The translations under genes and the position numbers were made by a program. A stretch of 64,000 bases of DNA from the NCBI RefSeq assembly GCF_001194135.2, contig NC_068986.1:35651372-35715371 (forward strand), read 5' to 3'. The stretch is from Octopus bimaculoides. Lineage: Eukaryota. Below are positions 52,285 through 62,687 of the stretch, one piece after another. Positions within the stretch are counted from its first letter, which is position 1, and each line of letters begins with the position of its first letter. Below the pieces are notes generated by a model, which saw only the letters and a program-made list of their open reading frames with translations, searched no databases and was not told the DNA's origin.

Positions 52285-55200
52285 NNNNNNNNNNNNNNNN
52301 NNNNNNNNNNNNNNNNNNNNNNNNNNNNNNNNNNNNNNNNNNNNNNNNNNNNNNNNNNNNNNNNNNNNNNNNNNNNNNNNNNNNNNNNNNNNNNNNNNNN
52401 NNNNNNNNNNNNNNNATATATATATAAATATATATATATATAGTGAAGCCAAACAAAGAAGAACATGAAAAACAACAACACGAGGACGTGGTACTAGTGA
52501 TGTATTATCAGACGCTCAGGAATATATATATATATATATATATATAGAAAGAGAGAGAAAGAAAAGCTCGAATCACTGAAAGTACAACATATGCTAAAGA
52601 CGTCTACAAGGTGTGATATCTGTGCGTGTGTGCATCATAATTATATTGATATAAATCAGAAAACCGCAAGTTTGTCTCCCATTAACGCCATCTTTGTCTC
52701 ATTACAGCATAAACACGAGTTTGTGTGTGTGTGTGTGCGTGTGTGTGTGACGTGTGTACGCGCACACACACACACTTTATAATTGTGATTATGCGTTAAC
52801 ATACACAACCAAAATATCCCATTTATCACCTTATCCAAACAAATTTTAATTCAAAACGACGGTAATGGTTACTAAGTCAGTGAATTAATGAACAGGCATT
52901 CCTTCCCCTGCCGTAGTTCAACCATTAGATAAATTAGAGAGAGATTAAAAAGAAAATGATGTGTGTGTGTATGGCTTGTTGACAGATAAGTTTATTTACC
53001 TGGCGATCACTGTCGCTCGACCAGCTCAAAATAACAACCAAATTTCACAAATTACGCAACAGACATCAAAAATGTATTAAACAATACAGGCACTGATATA
53101 TAAAAGTCTTTGATAGTGTCTGTCTGTATGTGTCTGTGTATATAATATTTTTGTAATTTCCAATATACACTCTTGTGTGTATGGGTTCATATTCTTTTAC
53201 TCTTATTCGTGTGTGTGTGTTCGAAGCGCGTATGATGCCTGTGTCTAAGATTAAACTTACCATATCTTCTGTAACCATGACATCGTTGAATTCCTCGAGG
53301 ACCTCAACCCAGATGGAGTGCAAAATACGGTTAAAGTTTGCACTGACGAGGTTTTGGTTTAGAGTAACGAGATTCTTGTCAAGGTATTCCATGAGATCCA
53401 CAATTGCCTGCAAGTAAAGAAACCACAGGAAATTAGCGTTGTGGAATCGTAATTGTGTATTCTCACCTGTTGAAGTAATAACTATATTATAATCTTTATT
53501 GTTTATGACGATAAAGAAGATGATGTTGATAACGATAACGATGAAAATGATGATGATGACAACGACGATGGTTATGACAACTATGGTATCGGTGATGGTA
53601 ATGATAACAGTGATGATGATGATGATGATAAAAATGATAATGTCGATTAGAGATATATTTGTGATAAGGGGAACAGACATTAAGTAAACATATAAACATC
53701 ACTGTGAATTTATGACATAAGGGAAACTAGTCTCTTGTTCATTCTTTAAAAAAAGCAAAGCGAGAAACAAATCAAAAAACAAAACGGAAAAAAGAAAAAA
53801 GAGAACAGAAACACTGTAAAGATAACTGCTGACTGAATAAAATAGTCTAGTCTATTAGCCGTCGCTTGAAATGCTTGAAATAGCAGCCAAATAACTCAAT
53901 CCACTGCGGTAGTTTTAAGATGCAGTACATTCCATACATAGCAAATAGCCACTCAGAAAATGGATCGCCGTCTGTTTCGATACTAAGAAGAGAGGTCGAT
54001 CAGATGAAGACTTGCTCTTTGGATTTGCACATAAGTAACTGAGTACTCCATAGGTATGTGTACCCTTAAAGTAATCACCAGGTACAATGAGCGTGAGAAT
54101 GTGAATTCAGGTTGAATCTTTATAAGTACCAAGGGTTATTGTGACTTAACACTCGATAAAAATCAAACACTTTTTACTGTACTTCCCACACCCAACAACC
54201 AGATTTATTTTATTGAACTCCTAAAATGGAAAGGTAAATACGACCCAGTATGATTTGAACTGATAACGCGAAGAAATGAAGTTAAATATCACAAAATATT
54301 TAGTTTGTAATTTTGCCAATTCTATTATAATCATTATCATAACATATAGCTGGCATAATCGTTACCACGCCAAACGAAATGCTTAGCGGCATTTCGCCTG
54401 TCTCTACGTTCTGAGTTCAAATTCCGCTGAGATCGACTTTACGTTTCATTCTTTCGGGGTCGATAAATTAAGTACCAGTGAAACACTGGGTTCCATGTAA
54501 TCGATTAGTCCCCTCCCGCAAAATTTCTGGACTCGTGCCTTTAGTGGAAAGGATTATTACAATATAATAAATACAGACATAAAAAGAGTATCCAAACACA
54601 GAAGCTAAGATTACTTGAAGTGAACAACAATATTTCCACAACACTGATATTTCTATACCACAAGATACAGTCAGGTGACATATCTTAATGTTTGTTTGTT
54701 AGCATAGCCAAGAGAGAATTAATATGAAAAGACAATGACTTTTCTAAGTTTTTCACTCCAGTGAGATTGCGGTAGTTGATATTGTACAGCTGTAGGTCAA
54801 TGTTTTATAAGTAAAAGTAGGCGGAAAGCTAATTCCATACACTTGTAAAGTTGGACGTGGTAGGCTTGTGAGGAGGAAACTAGTTTAGTAAAGGATCACA
54901 CAATTCAGACGCACTAAGCGTGGCAGATTTAGCAGAGGAGATTAACTCCTGTTGCTGTTTATCCCTAGGTCAGCCTTGAATGAGTAGACCTATGATCAGG
55001 AGCATTCCAGCCGTGTCAATAATCCAAAGTGTCTTTTTATTAGACAGTGGAATGTTCTTTGAAGGAAATTTGACCGCTATTCCTAGGGTAAAAGGGATAA
55101 AGACCCCCCCTTCGGTCATAAATGACCATAGGATTGCACCTAGAAAGTTCCACTTCGAGGAACAGGTCCGTGCAAGGTTGTTTATGGAAGATCAGCAGTC

Positions 55201-58200
55201 GCTCTCGCATACCAGCCTCCCACTTCAACGCCATTGATGTTATCCAAGGAAAAAGCAAAGGTTGAAAGAAAGTCAAAATTTAAAAAGATAATCTTCACTA
55301 TAGGAACAAAGCCTGAAATTTGACAGAGGGACAAATAGTCGATCACAACGACACAGTACACAACTGGTACTTATTTTATTAACTCCGAAAAGGTGAAAAG
55401 CCGTAGTCGACCTCGGCGGAAACTGAACTCAGAACGTAAAGACGGACGAAATGCTGCTAAGCATTTTGCCCGTCTTGCTAACGATCCTGCCAGTTCGCCG
55501 TCATAATAATAATAATGTGAAAAAGGGAAGAAAACGAGAATTGATGTGACACTGGCACACGGGTTCATTCTTCTGAATCATGGCCACTTCAAACAATGTT
55601 CCGTATAATATAACATAACCCTAACCTACAGTACATTAACGTATTGATTACCTCATCTGCAGGGACAACATCGGGTGTCCAGTTCATATGGAATACATCT
55701 TTCTTGATATCTGGACGCATCTGTTGATAATAGAAAAGTCAAAGTTATTGGTAATTCATACACATATATATATATACTGTAGAACATGACAGTACGATTG
55801 CACCATTGCACGAGTAATTTGCAGTACGAGCCGAGATTCGTGCGAATTCTTGACTTAAAGTATGAGCGGAGACCCGCAGTACGAGCACACAAATCGTCTC
55901 ATCTTTAAGGTAATTCAGTTAATAAAACCAGTTTACACATTTCTTTTGCTTTCTCTTTTTTATAATTGTCATTTTACTTATAACTACACCTTTTCTGTTT
56001 TAAAACCCATAAAAAAAAATTTTTGAGTGGTTTTGTGGGGCTGGAACGGATTAATTATATTTTAGTTAATTTCAATGGGGAAAATTGATTTGTAAAACGA
56101 GTAAAGTAAATCGTAAGACGAGCTCGGTTACGGAACGAATTAAACTCGTACGAGATNNNNNNNNNNNNNNNNNNNNNNNNNNNNNNNNNNNNNNNNNNNN
56201 NNNNNNNNNNNNNNNNNNNNNNNNNNNNNNNNNNNNNNNNNNNNNNNNNNNNNNNNNNNNNNNNNNNNNNNNNNNNNNNNNNNNNNNNNNNNNNNNNNNN
56301 NNNNNNNNNNNNNATATATAAACGTCCATTATATCACACGGATGCAGAATTAAAAATATATGGATCACCGTCGGCTTCGTTGAAGTTTCATTTGCTCAAT
56401 CAACTAGTTACCTACCCATTGAAGTGATGTCTAAGTGGCTGAGCATTCCACAGACATACATACCCCTAACGTCAAGCAGTGACACAGTGTGTGACAAGGT
56501 GCATTCCAGAAGTTTTGGGATATTTTCTAGGAGAGGCAGTTACAACTGTCCTAAATTGTAGTAATTTTAGCGTAACATTACTATATATCTAACATGCTAA
56601 CCTATCAACGTTTTTAATTCCAGATTGAAGGAGGCTGCTGTAACTTGCACTTTGGACTCACTCTCCTAAACACTGCTTGTCCCAGCTGACTAGTTTGCAG
56701 AATGCAGTCAGGACGTGAAGACAATTTGGAGGCTCGCTATGCAATAAAATTTTGGGCAAAGCCGCCATAGAAACTTATGAACTGCTCGAGGCTACTTATG
56801 GATTACCATGTATGAGACAACCATCTGTTTTTCGCACCATCTACATTCACTGGGTTCCCTCTGGCCAGACGGTCAACAGAGAGTACTTTATGGAGGTATT
56901 GAAAGTGTTCAGAAGGAGAGAGACTTCGTCACAAACGGCCACTTGGGATAGGGACACCTGCATCAGGATAAGTTCATCTTGGTAAACAACTATTTGACAG
57001 AGATGGGCATGAAAACTCTTCCTCACTCTCCCTAAAGACCAGACTTTGCTCCCGGTGACATTTAGTTGTTCCTCAAGTTGAAGGAGATGAGGGAGTCTGT
57101 AACAAGGGTACTGGACTGTACCTGTAGAGGTCCTCCATGGGGCCTTAACGATGTGCTGGAGTGCTTCAACAAGTGCACTGAAATCAGAGTATCCTACTTT
57201 GAAGGAGATTGGAAATTTGTACTCAGAAATTAATAGATGTCTCTCCTAAAATGTCTTAAATATTCTAGAATACAACTTGTACAAGCAGAATACATCGTCC
57301 ACACATACAGACACGCATATATGCATACGTAAATACATATTACATGGAGATACACAAACATACACAAATGTACACATACATTATAGAAAATGAAAACATA
57401 CATATAGAAAATAACAATACTAAAACTGACCTTTGGTAAACAGTTTCGTTTCACTATCATGTGCTTGCAGCTTCGATGCTTGCGGCTTCGATACTATTAT
57501 ATTAAACCCTAATTAAGTGTCTTGTTCTAGGTTAGCTCCAGTTGGCTTGTAAGTGGAATTTAGTAGACGGAAGCTGCGCAGAACCCATGGTGTATATATG
57601 TACATATACACTGCTACCACTTATTACATTGTGAAATTAGCATGTTATGAAACACGAGTAATGAAGCTATACGCAGACTCTGCATGTGTGAATAGACATA
57701 TACATAAAAGCGCATCTCTCTCTCTCATATCTATCTACCTATCTATGATTAATTATTAGACATTATACGACTATGGCAGTACAAGCTAGCCAGTCCTAAC
57801 TCCAAGTTAGGAGTTGTTTGATCTATTCGAGTAGAGTTGATCTATTGGTCTATTTGAGCAGAGTTGGAAGTCAAAAACTTTGGCGACGTGCATCGCTTCT
57901 GAGTTTAACATTATATATAAGCCAACCATATTATTTATAGTCTTCAATTTTACCGTTTTTGAAATCAGCGCATGAGTTCAACGGTTTTCTTACAAGCTTA
58001 CAAGGTGAGCTGAGTTTAACCCTAAGTGCAGTAAGAGTTACCGATGAGAATTAAGATGCTCTGCATCAAAATTCGAAATCACCGGTGATGTAGCTATGTC
58101 CGCAAAGGGAGCTTATTTCCTTTGTCAGTCGTTAACATTGTGGTCTTGTCCTTTGTGAGTCAGTTGGACTTTTTTCTAGCAATGCCAGTACTACTTAGTA

Positions 58201-59338
58201 CCCCCTGTTACTTTAGTGACGACTATAAATTTGCTTTTACGCTATCAAATTGCTGATAAGCCACTGATTAATATGATAGATCGCTGACCACGACACACAT
58301 ATATATATTTTTCTCTCCTTGTTTCTTTCTGTGTTCCTTTCTGTTGAAGAGCATAGGCTCGAAACGTTAAAGATTTTTTCTATTCCCGAGCGTTATACTA
58401 ATACATCCATTTGTTGTTTACACCACCTGTCTTCGTCTGTTGCTTTTTCGTGAATTCTCCTATATANNNNNNNNNNNNNNNNNNNNNNNNNNNNNNNNNN
58501 NNNNNNNNNNNNNNNNNNNNNNNNNNNNNNNNNNNNNNNNNNNNNNNNNNNNNNNNNNNNNNNNNNNNNNNNNATATATATATGTGTATGTGTGTGTGTA
58601 TGTGTGTGCTGCTCTCTAAATAAGCACAATATATCGAGTACTGTTACTGAGTGCCGATCTCCAAGGTTTCAGAAAAGAGGTACTTGGAAGGTATAAGGGA
58701 GTCTGATACACTAAGGTGTGATCAGGTATGTCTGAAAGAGCAAAGAATACCCAAGTATATTGTGGTTTGATTGTTTTTCCAAACACCTATAAGTTTATGC
58801 ACCATAAGCTGGCCGAAGAAGCCTTGAGAAGTAGCCATGTTCCACATGTTATTTTATATTTGAATTAAAAGATATACTTGTTCTTAAATATTAACTCCTT
58901 CGGTTGGTAACGCGAAGCGTATTTAACAATTTATTCATTCATAACTCACACCGTATTAGCGTTCACGTCGTCATTAATGAACAATAAGTTAGCACGCTGA
59001 GCTTAATTCAGATACACCTTCGTGGCTACCAGACGGTGATGACGTTTGCACCAGGAATTTCCACCTCAGGGTTCATAACTGTCTCATCTATATGAATGGA
59101 GCTGGGGTCTAAATCTAATTACTGTGTGCAGGCAGCGGATTATTTGCAGTACATACATACATACATACATACATACATAGGCACAGGCGTGTTTGTGCAG
59201 TAAGAAGCTTGCTTTCCAGCCACATAGTTCTGGGTTCAGTCCCACTGCGTGCTATCTCAGGCAAGTGTTTTCCTACTATAACCTCGGTCTGACCAAAGCA
59301 TTGCGAGTGAATTCGGTAGACAGAAACAAAGATGCCCG

Positions 59339-59377
<39 letters not shown>

Positions 59378-59593
59378 TGTGTGTGTAAGTCTTTTTGTCT
59401 GTGTTTGCCTCCTCCCAATACTTGACAACCGATGTTGAGTTTTCAACCCAGTAACATAGCGGTTCAGTAAATGAGACTGATAGAATAAGTACCAGGCTTA
59501 AAAACAAGTACTGGGATCGATTCATTCGACTAAAACTTCAAGGTGGTACTCCAGTATGGCCGCAGTCGAATGATGGAAACAAGTAAAAAAAAT

Positions 59594-59653
<60 letters not shown>

Positions 59654-59663
59654 NNNNNNNNNN

Positions 59664-59726
<63 letters not shown>

Positions 59727-60047
59727 CATTTGAAAGTCTCTATGCATAAAATGACTGAAGTTTATACATAAGCATCGAGGTTACAACAGAGACATGGCAT
59801 TAACACTCGTTTTCTATATATCATAATCATTTGGCAAAACTCTAATGCTATATGTATCAGTGTGTGTGTGATTGTGTGTGTGTATGTGTGAATTCATGGT
59901 GGTAACAGCTATAATATATCGATTAATTATTGACGATATATATTATATATATCACGCAAAGTATATTATATTTATAAAACACACGCATATGTAGATATAC
60001 GCATATACATTGCAAACACACACATAGAGACAGAGAGAGACACACAA

Positions 60048-60098
<51 letters not shown>

Positions 60099-62436
60099 TC
60101 TCTCTCTATCTATTCATCAGTGTGNNNNNNNNNNTCTCTCTATCTATTCATCAGTGTGTGTGTATGTGTGTGTGTGTGTGTGATAACATTTATTTACACT
60201 GAAGAATATGTTTGGGCCGGAAAACAAATTTATGGTCACCATCTTAGTATTTATAGTATAAACATTGAAAGATATCAATCTCGTTAATCTTTATCAGGAA
60301 ATCAATGAGATAACGTTATAGGCCATTACTGAGGACATGTTGATTGTGACTCCTTTTCTCCAAAGCTACTGTTTTTACATTTAATAACTGACACCGAGTT
60401 CACGTGCGGACTCTGTACACAGTTGTTGATCATGCCTCTGCAGATTCTGGATGGGATGTTTTTGAGGAAGACTGGTAGTCGCCCATATATGCAAATCTCT
60501 GTTTTCCACGCCACCATTGTTTATGCCAATGAAAATCCGCAAACTTGGACAGATAGAGTTTGGCAATAGTATTGTCACAGGCGTTGCTGTTAGAATTCAA
60601 AGAGTTGAAACTGAACCAGGAAAGCATCTCATTCGACATCACAAATTCTATCAATACGTTGCCCGATATGGTATTGTAATTTTAATCTGTCTCTGATGTA
60701 GTATGATAGGCGAAGTTGATCTCAGTGGCATTCGATCTCAAAGTGCAGAGCATCGGAACAAATAAGTGGGGCATTCTGTCGACTACTGTAATTATTCTAC
60801 TAGTTCGTCGCTTTGACGCACTGTTTTCTGATCCAAAATCCCGGTCAGAACATACTCGACGTATCCCACCCTCAAAGAAAACGTTAATGAAGTCTGCAAT
60901 GAAAAATAAATCAGTCTTAATTGCAAGCTAGCCTGTGATGTGTTCAAGAAGATGATTTATTGTTTATTTTGTTTACTTTGATTCTAGAAGACTTCTTGTT
61001 AGTCTTTTAGGAACAAAATTAATTACTTTTATAACTATACTAGAATATAGATTGCGATTCTTTCTATTCAGACAATAAGACGTTGGCAGAATGTTTAAAG
61101 GAATTGTCATCGCCAATCAGAGGTCTTAGGTTTAAAGTTCTACACTATGATACAACAAACTTGCCTGGGTCAATTGCCTTGTATCATAGACTCGGAATCG
61201 ACCAGATCTCAGTCAGTGAAATTATCAGGTGAAAGCTTAATGAAAGCCATCGGATGGGGTATGCTTGTAATTCAAAGGTCCACCTTAGTCACACATTGAA
61301 TAAAGTCGGATTTGTTTCCCGATTATGTTAACTGTACAAGTGTCTGTGGTGTACTCATTTACTAAAATAATACGTGATGAACTGTATCTAGAGCATAAAG
61401 GAACATATTACTCACCTGATGGAATAATAGAATACTCATTGTTGATATTGGTAAAAGACCCTCTTTATATATTTATATATAGTATTTTATTGAGACTTAA
61501 ACGAACGTCACGAACAGTTCGCATGACTGCTTCAAGTAACATTTGTGAAGTCTTTTCAGTTTCAATAAAATATTTTTCTCCACCATTTGGTATCCGTGAA
61601 CTATTTTCCCACATTGCTTTGCATAGACTTGTGATCTCTCTCTTCTCTCACACATATATATGCTTGTATATGTGTATATTTTGAAAAGCGGAAGTACGAA
61701 ACTCATTGCGCAAATGAGAGAGGTCATAACTTCGCATATATTCATAAGCTTTAATGTCTTTAGAAATTCTTTCTCACATTTATGGAATGGAACACACGCA
61801 CACAATAATAATATTTTCTACTCTAGGCACAAGGTATACAATTTATCGTCCCCGAAAGGATGAAAGGCAAAGTCGACCTCGGTGGAATTTGAACTCAGAA
61901 CGTAAAGACAGACGAAATACCGCTAAGCATTACGCCCGGCGTGCTAACGGTTCTTATTTCTTTATTGCCCACAAGGGGCTAAACATAGAGGGGACAAACA
62001 AGGACAGACAAAGGGATTAAGTTGCTTACATCGACCCCAGTGTATAATTGGTGCTTAATTTAATGACCTCGAAAGGATGAAAGACAAAGTCGACCTCGGC
62101 GGAATTTGAACTCAGAACGTAAAGACAGACGAAATACCACTAAGCATTTCGCCTGGCGTGCTCATCGTTTCTGCCAGATCGGCACCTGAGAACATTCCAT
62201 AATAATAATGACATACATACCCTGTCTGCCACACGGTCAAGGACTCGCTTAATTTTATTAATCATCATCTGATCCGATTTGTTGACCAACGTAAATAGAT
62301 TGATTTTCTCCAGTTTTCTTCTTCGTTTCGGATCGGCATATTCTAAATCCTGCTCCAGAGTTGCAAACCTCATCGTCTGTGCAATAGGTTTCAGTGTTAT
62401 ACGGACGTGTTCAATGTTGTTTATGGTAATACATAA
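12920..62436 (-). CDS. BAIAP3: BAIAP3 / Munc13-4 (unc-13-4)-family vesicle priming factor, 3' partial, 10 exons, 392 aa (MUN/MHD2 end + C2B + C-terminus)
   Basis: Ten exons, all with AG/GT boundaries and matching phases, total 1179 nt (392 aa + TGA). Family-like motifs: [112 protein letters not shown]. Family assignment is by recalled similarity to BAIAP3; the invertebrate gene is probably co-orthologous to BAIAP3 and UNC13D, which needs a phylogeny. Confidence 0.93.
13237..13604 (-). mobile_element. tRNA-derived SINE, family B
   Basis: Head TGGAGGCGCAATGGCCCAGTGGTTA...GGTTTCGATTCC, tail ...GACGGAGTGCCAAC. Confidence 0.88.
13860..14470. repeat. Cryptic degenerate minisatellite built on TTATCAACAG-like units
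   Basis: Exact TTATCAACAG at 13979, 14187 and 14260, with many 1-2 mismatch variants between. Confidence 0.65.
15480..15900. repeat. Compound (TA)/(CA)/(TATG) microsatellite block with an internal ~120-bp repeat
   Basis: Seen directly; source of many spurious YI/CV/HT ORFs. Confidence 0.9.
16441..16841 (-). mobile_element. tRNA-derived SINE, family C, with internal (TA)n
   Basis: Head AGGCGCAGGAGTGGCTGTGTGGTAAG...GGTTCGGTCCC, internal microsatellite, 3' ...GGCCGCAGTCAAATGGTTCAAAC. Confidence 0.88.
18321..18700 (+). mobile_element. Family C SINE (gap in its microsatellite)
   Basis: Full head and tail match 16441-16841 in the opposite orientation. Confidence 0.88.
19308..19976 (+). mobile_element. 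Family B SINE with 10-bp TSD, nested in a family C SINE; internal part duplicated across an N gap
   Basis: TSD CCATCACTTG at 19298-19307 and 19977-19986; (CAA)n tail. Confidence 0.9.
21212..21452. mobile_element. Palindromic MITE-like element inserted in (TA)n
   Basis: Imperfect inverted arms 21212-21314 and 21336-21452 with a 21-nt spacer, TA repeats on both sides. Confidence 0.7.
21545..22879 (-). mobile_element. Cluster of three family C SINE copies or fragments
   Basis: About 21545-21775 (3' half), 21785-22182 (full) and 22460-22879 (full, gap in the middle). Confidence 0.8.
24438..24653 (-). mobile_element. tRNA-derived SINE, family A (diverged)
   Basis: Aligns by eye with 8275-8499. 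Confidence 0.8.
25116..25155 (+). ncRNA. Minimal type-I hammerhead ribozyme-like motif (Penelope/retrozyme type), intact core
   Basis: CCA-CTGATGA-G-GTCAT(agaagt)GTGAC-GAAA-G-aa-C-TC-TGG: stem I CCA/TGG, core CUGAUGA, 5-bp stem II with one G-U, GAAA, short stem III, CUC cleavage triplet. Repeated at 25200-25236 across a 10-N gap. Confidence 0.65.
25452..25905 (-). mobile_element. Two adjacent family A SINEs separated by (AAT)n
   Basis: Copies at about 25452-25666 and 25690-25905; they differ at many positions, so this is not an assembly duplicate. Confidence 0.8.
28033..28425 (-). mobile_element. Family B SINE, full length, 13-bp TSD
   Basis: GGTAATTTTAATT at 28020-28032 and 28426-28438; (CAA)n tail. 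Confidence 0.92.
30388..30590 (-). CDS. BAIAP3: BAIAP3-like exon, C2B, 203 nt, phase 2-1
   Basis: ttttttacag|T CCA GTG ... CAC AAA G|gtaagt; [37 protein letters not shown]...MHPRHK. Confidence 0.94.
35736..35776 (+). ncRNA. Hammerhead-like motif with decayed core
   Basis: GTCA-CTGTAAA-G-GTTGT(gaatg)ACAAC-GAAA-G-aa-CTC-TGAC: perfect stems I and II and the same GAAAGAACTC segment as the 25116 motif; core CTGTAAA deviates from CUGANGA. Confidence 0.5.
37036..37215 (+). mobile_element. Composite remnant: Tigger/pogo-like terminus fused to an RTE (BovB-like) ORF2 C-terminal fragment
   Basis: TA|CAGTAATCCCTCACCATATCGCGG terminus, then [40 protein letters not shown] resembling RTE WE.LA.DRS.WR...RRK. 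Confidence 0.5.
38360..38883 (-). mobile_element. Family A SINE, shown twice either side of an N gap (38360-38592, 38651-38883)
   Basis: The two copies and their flanks read identical; probable contig-overlap duplication. Confidence 0.8.
38923..39046 (-). CDS. BAIAP3: BAIAP3-like exon, C2B, 124 nt, phase 1-2
   Basis: gcatttcag|GA TTT AGT GAC CCC ... GAA TT|gtaagt; (G)[40 protein letters not shown](F). Confidence 0.94.
39423..40708 (+). mobile_element. Full-length decayed mariner (DD34D) transposon, about 1.29 kb
   Basis: Perfect 20-bp inverted repeat GGTCATCCCATAAATAATGC (39428-39447 / 40686-40705) with TA at both ends. Transposase pseudogene 39608-40639 with WVPH and [16 protein letters not shown] motifs, stops and frameshifts. 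Confidence 0.95.
43150..43188 (-). CDS. BAIAP3: BAIAP3-like micro-exon, C2B loop 1, 39 nt, phase 1-1
   Basis: tctattccag|TT ATC AGT ... GCT AAT G|gtaagt; (V)[12 protein letters not shown](G). Confidence 0.92.
44036..44306. mobile_element. Foldback element with tRNA-like core
   Basis: Imperfect ~105-bp inverted arms 44036-44138 and 44198-44306; 73-nt tRNA-like sequence on the minus strand at 44103-44175 (7-bp acceptor stem with G-U pairs, GGTTCAAGTCC B box). Confidence 0.6.
47390..47790 (+). mobile_element. Family B SINE, full length
   Basis: Near-identical to the other B copies; (CAA)n tail; imperfect TSD acaacagtata/acaacagcata. Confidence 0.9.
48061..48142 (-). CDS. BAIAP3: BAIAP3-like exon, start of C2B, 82 nt, phase 0-1
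   Basis: tttcctatag|GAC CAA ACA ... GTG GAA G|gtaaaa; [27 protein letters not shown]. Confidence 0.9.
48878..49030 (+). mobile_element. Tc1/mariner-superfamily (maT/DD37D-like) transposase fragment
   Basis: [41 protein letters not shown] resembles NSQNDRW..K.P..VMV.GV..S.G.V of that group. Confidence 0.7.
50490..50855 (+). mobile_element. Family C SINE (diverged)
   Basis: cacatggttccgggttcag...(TG)n...gatagaataagtaccaag...atgactgaaacaagtaaaaga. Confidence 0.8.
50910..50993 (-). CDS. BAIAP3: BAIAP3-like exon, 84 nt, phase 0-0
   Basis: atgctgtag|GAC CTA CGA ... GAA CAG|gtaaac; [28 protein letters not shown]; follows a 132-nt intron. Confidence 0.92.
51126..51242 (-). CDS. BAIAP3: BAIAP3-like exon, MHD2, 117 nt, phase 0-0
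   Basis: ctctttcag|AAA CAC CAA ... TTC CAG|gtttgt; [39 protein letters not shown]. Confidence 0.92.
53261..53407 (-). CDS. BAIAP3: BAIAP3-like exon, MHD2, 147 nt, phase 0-0
   Basis: ttacttgcag|GCA ATT GTG ... GAT ATG|gtaagt; [49 protein letters not shown]. Confidence 0.93.
54350..54560 (+). mobile_element. Family A SINE
   Basis: gaaatgcttagcggcatttcg...gttcaaattccgctgaga...tcggggtcgataaattaagtaccag. Confidence 0.8.
55300..55502 (-). mobile_element. Family A SINE
   Basis: Reverse complement of the family A consensus, with an (AAT)n flank. Confidence 0.8.
55652..55720 (-). CDS. BAIAP3: BAIAP3-like exon, 69 nt, phase 0-0
   Basis: tatcaacag|ATG CGT CCA ... GAT GAG|gtaatc; [23 protein letters not shown]; absent from the ORF track. 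Confidence 0.92.
55790..56156. mobile_element. Tigger/pogo-like non-autonomous DNA element (right end in gap)
   Basis: Repeated TACGAG motifs at both ends and the characteristic ctggaacggattaatt...ttcaatggggaaaattg...gagctcggttacggaacgaattaaactcgta subterminal tract. Confidence 0.55.
56494..57280 (+). mobile_element. Internally deleted, decayed mariner
   Basis: Degenerate ~45-bp TIRs (acaaggtgcattccagaag... vs the reverse complement of ...tattctagaatacaacttgt); peptides [38 protein letters not shown]. Confidence 0.8.
58305..58465 (+). mobile_element. Penelope-like terminal-repeat fragment embedded in a (TA)n tract
   Basis: Non-coding unit between TA repeats that carries the hammerhead-like motif above; PLE assignment is inference from that architecture. 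Confidence 0.4.
58337..58372 (+). ncRNA. Minimal hammerhead-like motif (core A6 to U variant)
   Basis: CTTT-CTGTTGA-A-GAGC(atag)GCTC-GAAA-CG-TT-AAAG: stem I CTTT/AAAG, 4-bp stem II, palindromic ACGT stem III, GUU triplet. Confidence 0.55.
59183..59590 (+). mobile_element. Family C SINE
   Basis: Full head, (GT)n interior and tail; further half copies at about 29333-29530, 32846-33010, 38150-38330, 39198-39420 and 40711-40840. Confidence 0.82.
61815..62185 (-). mobile_element. Two nested/adjacent family A SINEs
   Basis: Copies at about 61815-61950 and 61953-62185; further degenerate copies at about 62500-62680 and 63080-63345. Confidence 0.75.
62221..62436 (-). CDS. BAIAP3: BAIAP3-like exon (first in window), MUN domain, 216 nt, phase 0-0
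   Basis: ttcattacag|TTA TGT ATT ... GCA GAC AGG|gtatgt; [12 protein letters not shown]...[10 protein letters not shown] (72 aa). Confidence 0.92.
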
Positions 62437-62687
62437 CTGTAATGAAGTGAAAAAAAAGAAAGAGAATATATGAATGATGATAATAATGGTTTTAAATGGT
62501 GGCCGAAAGTCAAAATTTAGGGGAATGGGGATAATCGATAACATTGACTCAAGTGCTTGACAAGTACTTAATCGCCCTCAAAAGGATGAAAGATAATGTT
62601 TATCTCGTGTGTATTTGAACTCAGAACGTAAAGAGTCAGAAAAAAATGCTACGAATTTTGTCTGACGCACAATCTACCGCCCTAGTA

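Noticed and set aside
53066-53680. 204-aa minus-strand ORF
   Set aside because: Chimeric reading: only 53261-53407 is the real exon, the rest is (ATC)n-rich intron
60856-60893. 38-nt cryptic exon on the minus strand (ttgcag|...CGA|gtatgt), and a strong donor-like caggtgagt near 61415
   Set aside because: Frame-shifting or lacking a partner site; such matches are expected by chance in 64 kb
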